Source: Geosiphon pyriformis uo1 (taxonomy: Eukaryota; Fungi; Glomeromycota). From it: a stretch of DNA of 64,000 nucleotides. The notes beneath the pieces are model-generated. The model was given only the letters and a program-made list of their open reading frames with translations. It searched no databases and had not been told where the DNA came from. Every line of letters begins with the position of its first letter. Within the stretch, counting starts at the first letter, position 1. The stretch is taken from assembly GCA_016748015.1 (NCBI GenBank), contig JAAOMT010000046.1, positions 186,001 through 250,000 on the forward strand, given 5' to 3'. Shown here one piece after another: positions 60,688 to 64,000 of the stretch. Made by a program: the position numbers and the translations under genes.

Positions 60688-61614
60688 GTAGGACTGTACA
60701 TGCCTGCTTCTAAATCGCCTACTGAGAGAACAGTAGCTAAAGAAATTAGAAAACTTTTGGGAGACATTGTACAGAGCAAAGAAATTATCATAGTAGCAGG
60801 CGATTTGAATGAAGATCTGTCATCTAAGTTACTTAAGGAAACATATGCTACAAATAAGGCCAAAGCTTGTCCAACTGCTGCAACATTACAACATATGAAT
60901 TTAGTGGATACACATGGGGCATATGCAACAAACAATCCAGAAAAGACATGGGCATCAAATGGGATACAAAGAAGATTTGACTATGTATTTACTGATGCAG
61001 TTACAGCCTCACTGGTCACAAACATTGGGGTGATTGATGTTAATGAATTCTTTAGCACTGATCACAAAGCTGTAGTGACAATCATCCAATCTGACAGAAT
61101 ATTGGCAGGCACTAAAAAATCTAGATCTGGAAGAAAAAAGTGTAGCACAACTATGATTGATGTTAAAAAGGCATCTGGAGTCCAATGAGAAATCTATGCT
61201 AGAGAATCTGATCGACTAACAGATAAAGCACAAAGAAAATCAATAGATAACAGCAAGAATGATCTAAACCAGATGTGGCTTACAATCAAGGAGATTGTGT
61301 TACAAGCTGCTGAGTGCCTACTGAAAAAGAAAGTGGGAGCCTGGTCTGTACACACAAAAAAAGAATGCATAGATCACAAGCTTGTTAAGATTGTTGCTGA
61401 TATAATCAAACAAATAAGAGTAAACAATGCAGATATGCACGATAACAATGTTATGCAGTTGTTGGCCAAATGGAAACAGCTGAAACCTGAGGCAGTTAAT
61501 GCATATCTGATGACTCTCCCAAGAGATAAGCTAATTGTGGAACTACTCAATATTAAGAAAGAATACAGATCAATGCTGTGAGCTAGGATCAGGCTACAAC
61601 AGCAGAGACAGATA

Positions 61615-63201
61615 GTGGACAATATCATTAGGAGACAACAAAACTTTGATCTAAACAAAGGAGCTATGATCAAAAGCATCATGAACAGAAAAAGACAAAG
61701 AATTGTACTAGACCATGTAATTGAAAAAGGCAAATTTCATGATGATCCTGATAAAATTAAAAAGCTAGTAAACAAAAAAGCCCAAGGATGGACCAGAACA
61801 AGAAGCATTGAGCCTAACCTATGGAAAAGTTGGGAACACAGATTTGAACCAATCGAAAGCATTCCAGATCATACCTTTGATGGTGTAATGGATGAATTAA
61901 CAAATGAGAAATTGGAACACATATTGAGCCACACACCCCATAACAAAGCCCCTGGTCCATCAGGCATTCAAGCTGAACTCTGGAGGAAGGCTGGATCTAA
62001 TACCAAGTCTAAACTGAAAACATTGCTCAATGCTTGCATTAAAGCAGCAAACATGCCTGAGGAGTGGAGAGTAGCACAAGTCATACTGATTCCAAAGCCA
62101 AAAGAATGGGGTGGCAATATTGACATCACCAGGCTGATCACACTCATTGAAAGCACCAGAAAAATCTTAACAAAGATTCTAACTGTGAGAATATCAAAAG
62201 CATGTGAACTCCACAATGTCCTAAAAGGTTACAATACCTCAGTATTAAAGAATACTTCTACAGCAGTGCCTATTCATGTGATTAATGCTGTAGCTGAACA
62301 TGCAAGAGAATTTGATAAGGAAGCTTGGTTTACATTTCAGAACATGAAAAAGGCATATGATTTAGTGGGATGGAAACCCATGGAAGCTGCACTAAAGAGG
62401 ATTAAGATGAACAATAGGTTTACTGAGCTGTTTGGCTTGATGCACAACAATAGAAGCAACAGGATAATAACTGAATTTGGGTTGAGTGATGAATATCAAG
62501 TACAGGATGGACTGGATCAGGGGGAAACAAGCTCACCCATCATGTGGAGAATTTTCTATGACTCCTTACTGTGTGAAGTAAAACAAGCCAATTATAGTCA
62601 GGGATACAAACTGACAGCAGCATGGAAAAAGTGGGATAATCAAGTGGATACACAATCTCTGTTGGTGTCAGTGAATCATCTTGTTTTCGTCGATGACACA
62701 GTGTGGATAGCTAACTCAAGACAAGGAATGCAAAGTATTTTGGACACAGCCAGCTCCTTTTTTAGAATGGTAGATATTGAGATCAACTTAGGAAAGACTG
62801 AGACAATGGTGGTCAGACCCTCTAAAAAGAAATCTTTGATGGTGGAGCCACTAAAATTTGGTCCAAACAAACAAATCTTGAAATTGTTGGATCCATCTAC
62901 ATGTACCCGATATTTGGGAGTATGGATCAAAGCAGATGGGAAAAATGAGACTGTTCTAAAAATGATAAGATCTGACATTGAAGCAGTGTGTGCAGTCATC
63001 AGAAAAAAACACATAACTGAGAAACAGGCCATTTACATTTTTAACAGTGTACTTAGTCCAGCTATTGAATTCAGATCTCAGTTGACTCATATTCCTAATA
63101 GCTGGACTAGAAAATGGAATTCAAAGATTTCAGCCACTGTGAAGAAAAAAGCAAAACTCTCAGTAGACTTTCCAGCCAGTGCCATGCATCACTCATCCTA
63201 G
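61615..63201 (+). pseudogene. LINE-d ORF2 reverse transcriptase domain (longest open stretch)
   Basis: Motifs KAPGPSG, LIPKPKEW, KKAYD, GLDQGETSSP, FVDD and RYLGVW. Confidence 0.92.
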
Positions 63202-64000
63202 TATAACCTGTTCAAGATTGATGATATACAAGCAAAAAGCAAGATCACAGATTTGTTAGTTAGATTGAACAGTGCTAATATTGCTGGAATGGCTACAAAA
63301 ATCAGACTAGCCAACTTGCAGGCACAGAGATGGTCAGCTCATAGTATAATTGAATATCCCACCAATGAATGATCCAAGCCAGGGGTTAATCTTATAGCAA
63401 ACATTATACAGATGATGGAAAAAAAAAACATCTCATTCAAGAGCAATGGTAATACACATGGGATACCTGAATCTTCAAGACCACAGGCGTATTTAATTGA
63501 GTCTATCTTACCTTCAAATGAAACCTACATTAAAGTTAGAAGCTTACTAAGAAAGGAAAACTTGTTGTACTTGCATCAGATACAGAACAATGATGAGTTG
63601 TTGATGACATGGTTGGACTTTACAAGGAAGTACAAACAAAGCGATAGTGGTAGAATTCCCAGATGGTTTAAGATTTTAGAATCTACAATCATTATGGATA
63701 AATACAGAAACATTGATGTAGCACAATGTGAGACATTGGGTATGCACATACTGACTAACCAAATACCAGATGATTTAGAAACAATGCAAAGAGACACTAT
63801 TTACATCCATATCCCTGACACTTTACTATCACAATGGAAGAGTGTACGAGAGAAGTTGAGACTCAGGAAAGAGATAGAAATATCAACAGATGGCTCACTG
63901 GTAAAGGCTGGTTCTGAGGAAGCAAGAGGAGCAGCTGCCTTCATAACACATGGGATAGAGGCTGAATTTGGTATAGCAATTGATGGAACATTGTCATCAA

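Larger units (their letters stand above)
49806..64000 (+). mobile_element. LINE-d with 5' UTR, in pieces ~49806-52457, 53197-53310 and 60688-64000; runs off the window in RNase H
   Basis: ORF1 at 49931-52195 and ORF2 from ~52185. Rejoins across the solo LTR (TSD GTAT) and G5 (TSD GTAG). Confidence 0.93.

Overview
This AT-rich, strongly CpG-depleted eukaryotic window (inferred fungal, Glomeromycota-like) consists entirely of nested retrotransposons; I found no host gene. Three families account for essentially all of it. (1) A ~7.2-7.6 kb Ty3/Gypsy LTR element: four complete copies with 4-bp TSDs, one 5'-truncated copy, fragments and solo LTRs. Its layout is gag, a UUUAAAC -1 frameshift, PR-RT-RNaseH ending in a real stop, a free-standing integrase ORF, then a ~218-aa orphan ORF3 that runs through the PPT into the 3' LTR. 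Its PBS matches elongator tRNA-Met, and the LTR carries two further boxes complementary to the anticodon arm of that same tRNA. (2) A ~7.3 kb LINE (ORF1 RRM+CCHC; ORF2 APE-RT-RNaseH-CCHC; poly(A)), four copies. (3) A ~2.4 kb non-autonomous ORF1-only ('half-LINE') element that shares the LINE's 3' end, three copies. All copies are decayed by G:C>A:T changes. The families are inserted into one another, and LTR-LTR recombination has deleted intervening sequence. There are four N gaps and one gap-flanking duplication artefact.
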